From Auanema rhodensis (lineage: Eukaryota; Animalia; Nematoda): a stretch of DNA of 64,000 bases. This document shows, piece by piece, positions 1 through 11,800 of the stretch (positions within the stretch are counted from its first letter, which is position 1; every line of letters begins with the position of its first letter). Made by a program: the position numbers and the translations under genes. Location of the stretch: the NCBI GenBank assembly GCA_964057225.1, contig OZ059900.1:17980001-18044000 (forward strand), read 5' to 3'. The notes below the pieces were generated by a model. That model did not search any database and was not told the DNA's origin. It saw only the letters and a list, made by a program, of their open reading frames with translations.

Positions 1-24
1 TGAACAAAAATCGATTTAATCAAT

Positions 25-61
25 ATTAGCCATAAGGGGCGTGCCCTCAGAATATGCTAAT
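25..61. other. Imperfect inverted repeat around the only GC-rich patch of the monomer
   Basis: ATTAGC(C)ATA ... TATGCTAAT outer stem and GGGC-GT-GCCC inner stem. It recurs once per monomer. Confidence 0.7.
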
Positions 62-133
62 TTCCTTAATTTTCTAACCCCGGTTTTTTTGTCGTGAAAG
101 TGGAACTAGACGTTGTAGGAACAATTTTGAGCT

Positions 134-187
134 AGGTTTCATTGACATTGCATGAGTTTGAACACATGAAATCGTAAGTCAAAACCT
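134..187. other. Long imperfect inverted repeat
   Basis: AGGTTT(CAT)TGAC ... GTCAAAACCT outer stem and CATGAGTT-TG-AACACATG inner stem (1 mismatch). Confidence 0.65.
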
Positions 188-1026
188 TGTTTACAGCGAA
201 ATTTCCAAAAACTGGTTTTCCAGCATAATAAAATATTTCTCAAGGGAAATACTGTGTTTTTGTATTTTTCTAGTGTTCAGCATGTGAAATGCTTCATTTT
301 AGTATGTAACACGCTGAAATTCGTTGCATTTGACTACTCATATGAACAAAAATCGATTTAATCAATATTAGCCATAAGGGGCGTGCCCTCAGAATATGCT
401 AATTTCCTTAATTTTCTAACCCCTGTTTTTTTGTCGTGAAAGTGGAACTAGACGTTGTAGGAACAATTTTGAGCTAGGTTTCATTGACATTGCATGAGTT
501 TGAACACATGAAATCGTAAGTCAAAACCTTGTTTACAGCGAAATTTCCAAAAACTGGTTTTCCAGCATAATAAAATATTTCTCATGGGAAATACTGTGTT
601 TTTGTATTTTTCTAGTGTTCAGCATGTGAAATGCTTCATTTTAGTATGTAACACGCTGAAATTCGTTGCATTTGACGACTCATATGAACAAAAATCGATT
701 TAATCAATATTAGCCATAAGGGGCGTGCCCTCAGAATATGCTAATTTCCTTAATTTTCTAACCCCGGTTTTTTTGTCGTGAAAGTGGAATTAGACGTTGT
801 AGGAACAATTTTGAGCTAGGTTTCATTGACATTGCATGAGTTTGAACACATGAAATCGTAAGTCAAAACCTTGTTTACAGCGAAATTTCCAAAAACTGGT
901 TTTCCAGCATAATAAAATATTTCTCATGGGAAATACTGTGTTTTTGCATTTTTCTAGTGTTCAGCATGTAAAATGTTTCATTTAAGTATGTAACACGCTG
1001 AAATTCGTTGCATTTGACGACTCATA

Positions 1027-1368
1027 TGAACAAAAATCGATTTAATCAATATTAGCCATAAGGGGCGTGCCCTCAGAATATGCTAATTTCCTTAATTTTC
1101 TAACCCCTGTTTTTTTGTCGTGAAAGTGGAACTAGACGTTGTAGGAACAATTTTGAGCTAGGTTTCATTGACATTGCATGAGTTTGAACACATGAAATCG
1201 TAAGTCAAAACCTTGTTTACAGCGAAATTTCCAAAAACTGGTTTTCCAGCATAATAAAATATTTCTCATGGGAAATACTGTGTTTTTGTATTTTTCTAGT
1301 GTTCAGCATGTAAAATGCTTCATTTTAGTATGTAACACGCTGAAATTCGTTGCATTTGACGACTCATA
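1027..1368 (+). repeat. Representative consensus-type monomer (M4), 342 bp, about 34% GC
   Basis: Carries the majority allele at every polymorphic site (pos 65C, 82T, 106C, 118-119GG, 164A, 245G, 270C, 286A, 314C, 335G). Identical-looking copies occur at e.g. 7183, 10945, 14023 and 17443. Confidence 0.93.
1311..1327. other. 7-bp-stem hairpin TAAAATG-CTT-CATTTTA (pos 285-301)
   Basis: Direct reading in M4. It overlaps an alternative stem, AGCAT-GTAAA-ATGCT (pos 279-293). Confidence 0.75.
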
Positions 1369-2627
1369 TGAACAAAAATCGATTTAATCAATATTAGCCA
1401 TAAGGGGCGTGCCCTCAGAATATGCTAATTTCCTTAATTTTCTAACCCCTGTTTTTTTGTCGTGAAAGTGGAATTAGACGTTGTAGGAACAATTTTGAGC
1501 TAGGTTTCATTGACATTGCATGAGTTTGAACGCATGAAATCGTAAGTCAAAACCTTGTTTACAGCGAAATTTCCAAAAACTGGTTTTCCAGCATAATAAA
1601 ATATTTCTCATGGGAAATACTGTGTTTTTGTATTTTTATAGTGTTCAGCATGTAAAATGCTTCATTTTAGTATGTAACACGCTGAAATTCGTTGCATTTG
1701 ACGACTCATATGAACAAAAATCGATTTAATCAATATTAGCCATAAGGGGCGTGCCCTCAGAATATGCTAATTTCCTTAATTTTCTAACCCCGGTTTTTTT
1801 GTCGTGAAAGTGGAATTAGACGTTGTAGGAACAATTTTGAGCTAGGTTTCATTGACATTGCATGAGTTTGAACACATGAAATCGTAAGTCAAAACCTTGT
1901 TTACAGCGAAATTTCCAAAAACTGGTTTTCCAGCATAATAAAATATTTCTCATGGGAAATACTGTGTTTTTGTATTTTTCTAGTGTTCAGCATGTAAAAT
2001 GCTTCATTTTAGTATGTAACACGATGAAATTCGTTGCATTTGACGACTCATATGAACAAAAATCGATTTAATCAATATTAGCCATAAGGGGCGTGCCCTC
2101 AGAATATGCTAATTTCATTAATTTTCTAACCCCTGTTTTTTTGTCGTGAAAGTGGAACTAGACGTTGTAGGAACAATTTTGAGCTAGGTTTCATTGACAT
2201 TGCATGAGTTTGAACACATGAAATCGTAAGTCAAAACCTTGTTTACAGCGAAATTTCCAAAAACTGGTTTTCCAGCATAATAAAATATTTCTCATGGGAA
2301 ATACTGTGTTTTTGTATTTTTCTAGTGTTCAGCATGTAAAATGCTTCATTTTAGTATGTAACACGCTGAAATTCGTTGCATTTGACTACTCATATGAACA
2401 AAAATCGATTTAATCAATATTAGCCATAAGGGGCGTGCCCTCAGAATATGCTAATTTCCTTAATTTTCTAACCCCTGTTTTTTTGTCGTGAAAGTGGAAC
2501 TAGACGTTGTACAAACAATTTTGAGCTAGGTTTCATTGACATTGCATGAGTTTGAACACATGAAATCGTAAGTCAAAACCTTGTTTACAGCGAAATTTCC
2601 AAAAACTGGTTTTCCAGCATAATAAAA

Positions 2628-2645
2628 TATTTCTCATGAGAAATA
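2628..2645. other. Perfect 18-bp palindrome TATTTCTCATGAGAAATA (pos 234-251 in 245A monomers; one mismatch in the majority 245G allele)
   Basis: Read directly: TATTTCTCA followed by its reverse complement TGAGAAATA. This is the first occurrence; it recurs in all 245A monomers. Confidence 0.95.
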
Positions 2646-5600
2646 CTGTGTTTTTGTATTTTTCTAGTGTTCAGCATGTAAAATGCTTCATTTTAGTATG
2701 TAACACGATGAAATTCGTTGCATTTGACGACTCATATGAACAAAAATCGATTTAATCAATATTAGCCATAAGGGGCGTGCCCTCAGAATATGCTAATTTC
2801 ATTAATTTTCTAACCCCTGTTTTTTTGTCGTGAAAGTGGAACTAGACGTTGTAGGAACAATTTTGAGCTAGGTTTCATTGACATTGCATGAGTTTGAACA
2901 CATGAAATCGTAAGTCAAAACCTTGTTTACAGCGAAATTTCCAAAAACTGGTTTTCCAGCATAATAAAATATTTCTCATGGGAAATACTGTGTTTTTGTA
3001 TTTTTCTAGTGTTCAGCATGTAAAATGCTTCATTTTAGTATGTAACACGCTGAAATTTGTTGCATTTGACGACTCATATGAACAAAAATCGATTTAATCA
3101 ATATTAGCCATAAGGGGCGTGCCCTCAGAATATGCTAATTTCCTTAATTTTCTAACCCCTGTTTTTTTGTCGTGAAAGTGGAACTAGACGTTGTACAAAC
3201 AATTTTGAGCTAGGTTTCATTGACATTGCATGAGTTTGAACACATGAAATCGTAAGTCAAAACCTTGTTTACAGCGAAATTTCCAAAAACTGGTTTTCCA
3301 GCATAATAAAATATTTCTCATGAGAAATACTGTGTTTTTGTATTTTTCTAGTGTTCAGCATGTAAAATGCTTCATTTTAGTATGTAACACGCTGAAATTC
3401 GTTGCATTTGACGACTCATATGAACAAAAATCGATTTAATCAATATTAGCCATAAGGGGCGTGCCCTCAGAATATGCTAATTTCCTTAATTTTCTAACCC
3501 CTGTTTTTTTGTCGTGAAAGTGGAACTAGACGTTGTAGGAACAACTTTGAGCTAGGTTTCATTGACATTGCATGAGTTTGAACACATGAAATCATAAGTC
3601 AAAACCTTGTTTACAGCGAAATTTCCAAAAACTGGTTTTCCAGCATAATAAAATATTTCTCATGGGAAATACTGTGTTTTTGTATTTTTCTAGTGTTCAG
3701 CATGTGAAATGCTTCATTTTAGTATGTAACACGCTGAAATTCGTTGCATTTGACGACTCATATGAACAAAAATCGATTTAATCAATATTAGCCATAAGGG
3801 GCGTGCCCTCAGAATATGCTAATTTCCTTAATTTTCTAACCCCTGTTTTTTTGTCGTGAAAGTGGAAACAGACGTTGTATGAACAATTTTGAGCTAGGTT
3901 TCATTGACATTGCATGAGTTTGAACACATGAAATCGTAAGTCAAAACCTTGTTTACAGCGAAATTTCCAAAAACTGGTTTTCCAGCATAATAAAATATTT
4001 CTCATGAGAAATACTGTGTTTTTGTATTTTTCTAGTGTTCAGCATGTAAAATGCTTCATTTTAGTATGTAACACGATGAAATTCGTTGCATTTGACGACT
4101 CATATGAACAAAAATCGATTTAATCAATATTAGCCATAAGGGGCGTGCCCTCAGAATATGCTAATTTCATTAATTTTCTAACCCCTGTTTTTTTGTCGTG
4201 AAAGTGGAACTAGACGTTGTAGGAACAATTTTGAGCTAGGTTTCATTGACATTGCATGAGTTTGAACACATGAAATCGTAAGTCAAAACCTTGTTTACAG
4301 CGAAATTTCCAAAAACTGGTTTTCCAGCATAATAAAATATTTCTCATGGGAAATACTGTGTTTTTGTATTTTTCTAGTGTTCAGCATGTAAAATGCTTCA
4401 TTTTAGTATGTAACACGCTGAAATTCGTTGCATTTGACGACTCATATGAACAAAAATCGATTTAATCAATATTAGCCATAAGGGGCGTGCCCTCAGAATA
4501 TGCTAATTTCCTTAATTTTCTAACCCCTGTTTTTTTGTCGTGAAAGTGGAACTAGACGTTGTAGGAACAATTTTGAGCTAGGTTTCATTGACATTGCATG
4601 AGTTTGAACACATGAAATCGTAAGTCAAAACCTTGTTTACAGCGAAATTTCCAAAAACTGGTTTTCCAGCATAATAAAATATTTCTCATGGGAAATACTG
4701 TGTTTTTGTATTTTTCTAGTGTTCAGCATGTGAAATGCTTCATTTTAGTATGTAACACGCTGAAATTCGTTGCATTTGACGACTCATATGAACAAAAATC
4801 GATTTAATCAATATTAGCCATAAGGGGCGTGCCCTCAGAATATGCTAATTTCCTTAATTTTCTAACCCCGGTTTTTTTGTCGTGAAAGTGGAATTAGACG
4901 TTGTAGGAACAATTTTGAGCTAGGTTTCATTGACATTGCATGAGTTTGAACACATGAAATCGTAAGTCAAAACCTTGTTTACAGCGAAATTTCCAAAAAC
5001 TGGTTTTCCAGCATAATAAAATATTTCTCATGGGAAATACTGTGTTTTTGTATTTTTCTAGTGTTCAGCATGTAAAATGCTTCATTTTAGTATGTAACAC
5101 GCTGAAATTCGTTGCATTTGACTACTCATATGAACAAAAATCGATTTAATCAATATTAGCCATAAGGGGCGTGCCCTCAGAATATGCTAATTTCCTTAAT
5201 TTTCTAACCCCTGTTTTTTTGTCGTGAAAGTGGAACTAGACGTTGTACAAACAATTTTGAGCTAGGTTTCATTGACATTTCATGAGTTTGAACACATGAA
5301 ATCGTAAGTCAAAACCTTGTTTACAGCGAAATTTCCAAAAACTGGTTTTCCAGCATAATAAAATATTTCTCATGGGAAATACTGTGTTTTTGTATTTTTC
5401 TAGTGTTCAGCATGTGAAATGCTTCATTTTAGTATGTAACACGCTGAAATTCGTTGCATTTGACGACTCATATGAACAAAAATCGATTTAATCAATATTA
5501 GCCATAAGGGGCGTGCCCTCAGAATATGCTAATTTCCTTAATTTTCTAACCCCGGTTTTTTTGTCGTGAAAGTGGAATTAGACGTTGTAGGAACAATTTT

Positions 5601-5814
5601 GAGCTAGGTTTCATTGACATTGCATGAGTTTGAACACATGAAATCGTAAGTCAAAACCTTGTTTACAGCGAAATTTCCAAAAACTGGTTTTCCAGCATAA
5701 TAAAATATTTCTCATGGGAAATACTGTGTTTTTGTATTTTTCTAGTGTTCAGCATGTAAAATGCTTCATTTTAGTATGTAACACGCTGAAATTCGTTGCA
5801 TTTGACTACTCATA

Positions 5815-8800
5815 TGAACAAAAATCGATTTAATCAATATTAGCCATAAGGGGCGTGCCCTCAGAATATGCTAATTTCCTTAATTTTCTAACCCCTGTTT
5901 TTTTGTCGTGAAAGTGGAACTAGACGTTGTACAAACAATTTTGAGCTAGGTTTCATTGACATTGCATGACTTTGAACACATGAAATCGTAAGTCAAAACC
6001 TTGTTTACAGCGAAATTTCCAAAAACTGGTTTTCCAGCATAATAAAATATTTCTCATGAGAAATACTGTGTTTTTGTATTTTTCTAGTGTTCAGCATGTA
6101 AAATGCTTCATTTTAGTATGTAACACGCTGAAATTCGTTGCATTTGACGACTCATATGAACAAAAATCGATTTAATCAATATTAGCCATAAGGGGCGTGC
6201 CCTCAGAATATGCTAATTTCCTTAATTTTCTAACCCCGGTTTTTTTGTCGTGAAAGTGGAACTAGACGTTGTAGGAACAATTTTGAGCTAGGTTTCATTG
6301 ACATTGCATGAGTTTGAACACATGAAATCGTAAGTCAAAACCTTGTTTACAGCGAAATTTCCAAAAACTGGTTTTCCAGCATAATAAAATATTTCTCATG
6401 GGAAATACTGTGTTTTTGTATTTTTCTAGTGTTCAGCATGTAAAATGCTTCATTTTAGTATGTAACACGCTGAAATTCGTTGCATTTGACTACTCATATG
6501 AACAAAAATCGATTTAATCAATATTAGCCATAAGGGGCGTGCCCTCAGAATATGCTAATTTCCTTAATTTTCTAACCCCTGTTTTTTTGTCGTGAAAGTG
6601 GAACTAGACGTTGTAGGAACAATTTTGAGCTAGGTTTCATTGACATTGCATGAGTTTGAACACATGAAATCGTAAGTCAAAACCTTGTTTACAGCGAAAT
6701 TTCCAAAAACTGGTTTTCCAGCATAATAAAATATTTCTCATGGGAAATACTGTGTTTTTGTATTTTTCTAGTGTTCAGCATGTGAAATGCTTCATTTTAG
6801 TATGTAACACGCTGAAATTCGTTGCATTTGACTACTCATATGAACAAAAATCGATTTAATCAATATTAGCCATAAGGGGCGTGCCCTCAGAATATGCTAA
6901 TTTCCTTAATTTTCTAACCCCTGTTTTTTTGTCGTGAAAGTGGAACTAGACGTTGTAGGAACAATTTTGAGCTAGGTTTCATTGACATTGCATGAGTTTG
7001 AACACATGAAATCGTAAGTCAAAACCTTGTTTACAGCGAAATTTCCAAAAACTGGTTTTCCAGCATAATAAAATATTTCTCATGGGAAATACTGTGTTTT
7101 TGTATTTTTCTAGTGTTCAGCATGTAAAATGTTTCATTTTAGTATGTAACACGCTGAAATTCGTTGCATTTGACGACTCATATGAACAAAAATCGATTTA
7201 ATCAATATTAGCCATAAGGGGCGTGCCCTCAGAATATGCTAATTTCCTTAATTTTCTAACCCCTGTTTTTTTGTCGTGAAAGTGGAACTAGACGTTGTAG
7301 GAACAATTTTGAGCTAGGTTTCATTGACATTGCATGAGTTTGAACACATGAAATCGTAAGTCAAAACCTTGTTTACAGCGAAATTTCCAAAAACTGGTTT
7401 TCCAGCATAATAAAATATTTCTCATGGGAAATACTGTGTTTTTGTATTTTTCTAGTGTTCAGCATGTAAAATGCTTCATTTTAGTATGTAACACGCTGAA
7501 ATTCGTTGCATTTGACGACTCATATGAACAAAAATCGATTTAATCAATATTAGCCATAAGGGGCGTGCCCTCAGAATATGCTAATTTCCTTAATTTTCTA
7601 ACCCCTGTTTTTTTGTCGTGAAAGTGGAATTAGACGTTGTAGGAACAATTTTGAGCTAGGTTTCATTGACATTGCATGAGTTTGAACGCATGAAATCGTA
7701 AGTCAAAACCTTGTTTACAGCGAAATTTCCAAAAACTGGTTTTCCAGCATAATAAAATATTTCTCATGGGAAATACTGTGTTTTTGTATTTTTATAGTGT
7801 TCAGCATGTAAAATGCTTCATTTTAGTATGTAACACGCTGAAATTCGTTGCATTTGACGACTCATATGAACAAAAATCGATTTAATCAATATTAGCCATA
7901 AGGGGCGTGCCCTCAGAATATGCTAATTTCCTTAATTTTCTAACCCCGGTTTTTTTGTCGTGAAAGTGGAATTAGACGTTGTAGGAACAATTTTGAGCTA
8001 GGTTTCATTGACATTGCATGAGTTTGAACACATGAAATCGTAAGTCAAAACCTTGTTTACAGCGAAATTTCCAAAAACTGGTTTTCCAGCATAATAAAAT
8101 ATTTCTCATGGGAAATACTGTGTTTTTGTATTTTTCTAGTGTTCAGCATGTAAAATGCTTCATTTTAGTATGTAACACGCTGAAATTCGTTGCATTTGAC
8201 TACTCATATGAACAAAAATCGATTTAATCAATATTAGCCATAAGGGGCGTGCCCTCAGAATATGCTAATTTCCTTAATTTTCTAACCCCTGTTTTTTTGT
8301 CGTGAAAGTGGAACTAGACGTTGTAGGAACAATTTTGAGCTAGGTTTCATTGACATTGCATGAGTTTGAACACATGAAATCGTAAGTCAAAACCTTGTTT
8401 ACAGCGAAATTTCCAAAAACTGGTTTTCCAGCATAATAAAATATTTCTCATGGGAAATACTGTGTTTTTGTATTTTTCTAGTGTTCAGCATGTAAAATGC
8501 TTCATTTTAGTATGTAACACGCTGAAATTCGTTGCATTTGACTACTCATATGAACAAAAATCGATTTAATCAATATTAGCCATAAGGGGCGTGCCCTCAG
8601 AATATGCTAATTTCCTTAATTTTCTAACCCCTGTTTTTTTGTCGTGAAAGTGGAACTAGACGTTGTACAAACAATTTTGAGCTAGGTTTCATTGACATTG
8701 CATGACTTTGAACACATGAAATCGTAAGTCAAAACCTTGTTTACAGCGAAATTTCCAAAAACTGGTTTTCCAGCATAATAAAATATTTCTCATGAGAAAT

Positions 8801-11800
8801 ACTGTGTTTTTGTTTTTTTCTAGTGTTCAGCATGTAAAATGCTTCATTTTAGTATGTAACACGCTGAAATTCGTTGCATTTGACGACTCATATGAACAAA
8901 AATCGATTTAATCAATATTAGCCATAAGGGGCGTGCCCTCAGAATATGCTAATTTCCTTAATTTTCTAACCCCGGTTTTTTTGTCGTGAAAGTGGAACTA
9001 GACGTTGTAGGAACAATTTTGAGCTAGGTTTCATTGACATTGCATGAGTTTGAACACATGAAATCGTAAGTCAAAACCTTGTTTACAGCGAAATTTCCAA
9101 AAACTGGTTTTCCAGCATAATAAAATATTTCTCATGGGAAATACTGTGTTTTTGTATTTTTCTAGTGTTCAGCATGTAAAATGCTTCATTTTAGTATGTA
9201 ACACGATGAAATTCGTTGCATTTGACTACTCATATGAACAAAAATCGATTTAATCAATATTAGCCATAAGGGGCGTGCCCTCAGAATATGCTGATTTCCT
9301 TAATTTTCTAACCCCTGTTTTTTTGTCGTGAAAGTGGAACTAGACGTTGTAGGAACAATTTTGAGCTAGGTTTCATTGACATTGCATGAGTTTGAACACA
9401 TGAAATCGTAAGTCAAAACCTTGTTTACAGCGAAATTTCCAAAAACTGGTTTTCCAGCATAATAAAATATTTCTCAAGGGAAATACTGTGTTTTTGTATT
9501 TTTCTAGTGTTCAGCATGTGAAATGCTTCATTTTAGTATGTAACACGCTGAAATTCGTTGCATTTGACTACTCATATGAACAAAAATCGATTTAATCAAT
9601 ATTAGCCATAAGGGGCGTGCCCTCAGAATATGCTAATTTCCTTAATTTTCTAACCCCTGTTTTTTTGTCGTGAAAGTGGAACTAGACGTTGTACAAACAA
9701 TTTTGAGCTAGGTTTCATTGACATTGCATGACTTTGAACACATGAAATCGTAAGTCAAAACCTTGTTTACAGCGAAATTTCCAAAAACTGGTTTTCCAGC
9801 ATAATAAAATATTTCTCATGAGAAATACTGTGTTTTTGTATTTTTCTAGTGTTCAGCATGTAAAATGCTTCATTTTAGTATGTAACACGCTGAAATTCGT
9901 TGCATTTGACGACTCATATGAACAAAAATCGATTTAATCAATATTAGCCATAAGGGGCGTGCCCTCAGAATATGCTAATTTCCTTAATTTTCTAACCCCG
10001 GTTTTTTTGTCGTGAAAGTGGAACTAGACGTTGTAGGAACAATTTTGAGCTAGGTTTCATTGACATTGCATGAGTTTGAACACATGAAATCGTAAGTCAA
10101 AACCTTGTTTACAGCGAAATTTCCAAAAACTGGTTTTCCAGCATAATAAAATATTTCTCATGGGAAATACTGTGTTTTTGTATTTTTCTAGTGTTCAGCA
10201 TGTAAAATGCTTCATTTTAGTATGTAACACGCTGAAATTCGTTGCATTTGACTACTCATATGAACAAAAATCGATTTAATCAATATTAGCCATAAGGGGC
10301 GTGCCCTCAGAATATGCTAATTTCCTTAATTTTCTAACCCCTGTTTTTTTGTCGTGAAAGTGGAACTAGACGTTGTAGGAACAATTTTGAGCTAGGTTTC
10401 ATTGACATTGCATGAGTTTGAACACATGAAATCGTAAGTCAAAACCTTGTTTACAGCGAAATTTCCAAAAACTGGTTTTCCAGCATAATAAAATATTTCT
10501 CATGGGAAATACTGTGTTTTTGTATTTTTCTAGTGTTCAGCATGTGAAATGCTTCATTTTAGTATGTAACACGCTGAAATTCGTTGCATTTGACTACTCA
10601 TATGAACAAAAATCGATTTAATCAATATTAGCCATAAGGGGCGTGCCCTCAGAATATGCTAATTTCCTTAATTTTCTAACCCCTGTTTTTTTGTCGTGAA
10701 AGTGGAACTAGACGTTGTAGGAACAATTTTGAGCTAGGTTTCATTGACATTGCATGAGTTTGAACACATGAAATCGTAAGTCAAAACCTTGTTTACAGCG
10801 AAATTTCCAAAAACTGGTTTTCCAGCATAATAAAATATTTCTCATGGGAAATACTGTGTTTTTGTATTTTTCTAGTGTTCAGCATGTAAAATGTTTCATT
10901 TTAGTATGTAACACGCTGAAATTCGTTGCATTTGACGACTCATATGAACAAAAATCGATTTAATCAATATTAGCCATAAGGGGCGTGCCCTCAGAATATG
11001 CTAATTTCCTTAATTTTCTAACCCCTGTTTTTTTGTCGTGAAAGTGGAACTAGACGTTGTAGGAACAATTTTGAGCTAGGTTTCATTGACATTGCATGAG
11101 TTTGAACACATGAAATCGTAAGTCAAAACCTTGTTTACAGCGAAATTTCCAAAAACTGGTTTTCCAGCATAATAAAATATTTCTCATGGGAAATACTGTG
11201 TTTTTGTATTTTTCTAGTGTTCAGCATGTAAAATGCTTCATTTTAGTATGTAACACGCTGAAATTCGTTGCATTTGACGACTCATATGAACAAAAATCGA
11301 TTTAATCAATATTAGCCATAAGGGGCGTGCCCTCAGAATATGCTAATTTCCTTAATTTTCTAACCCCTGTTTTTTTGTCGTGAAAGTGGAATTAGACGTT
11401 GTAGGAACAATTTTGAGCTAGGTTTCATTGACATTGCATGAGTTTGAACGCATGAAATCGTAAGTCAAAACCTTGTTTACAGCGAAATTTCCAAAAACTG
11501 GTTTTCCAGCATAATAAAATATTTCTCATGGGAAATACTGTGTTTTTGTATTTTTATAGTGTTCAGCATGTAAAATGCTTCATTTTAGTATGTAACACGC
11601 TGAAATTCGTTGCATTTGACGACTCATATGAACAAAAATCGATTTAATCAATATTAGCCATAAGGGGCGTGCCCTCAGAATATGCTAATTTCCTTAATTT
11701 TCTAACCCCGGTTTTTTTGTCGTGAAAGTGGAATTAGACGTTGTAGGAACAATTTTGAGCTAGGTTTCATTGACATTGCATGAGTTTGAACACATGAAAT

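Noticed and set aside
142-170. Bacterial -35 box TTGACA
   Set aside because: There is no -10 element at 16-18 bp spacing (CATGAA), and the context is eukaryote-type satellite.
319-335. CENP-B-box-like ATTCGTTGCATTTGAC
   Set aside because: It matches TTCG and the central A but lacks the essential CGGG; only 6 of 9 core positions match.
1-342. Primate alpha-satellite dimer (2 x 171 bp)
   Set aside because: Only the length matches. I see no alphoid sequence similarity, and the two halves are not clearly homologous.
1-342. Tandem 5S rRNA, tRNA, snRNA or spliced-leader gene cluster
   Set aside because: I found no recognisable conserved RNA sequence, cloverleaf or A/B/C boxes. An Rfam cmscan would settle it.
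584-703. 39-codon ORF MGNTVFLYFSSVQHVKCFILVCNTLKFVAFDDSYEQKSI repeated in most monomers
   Set aside because: The length is expected by chance and it has no recognisable domain. Most variants are non-synonymous, 243A removes the ATG and 300A creates a stop.
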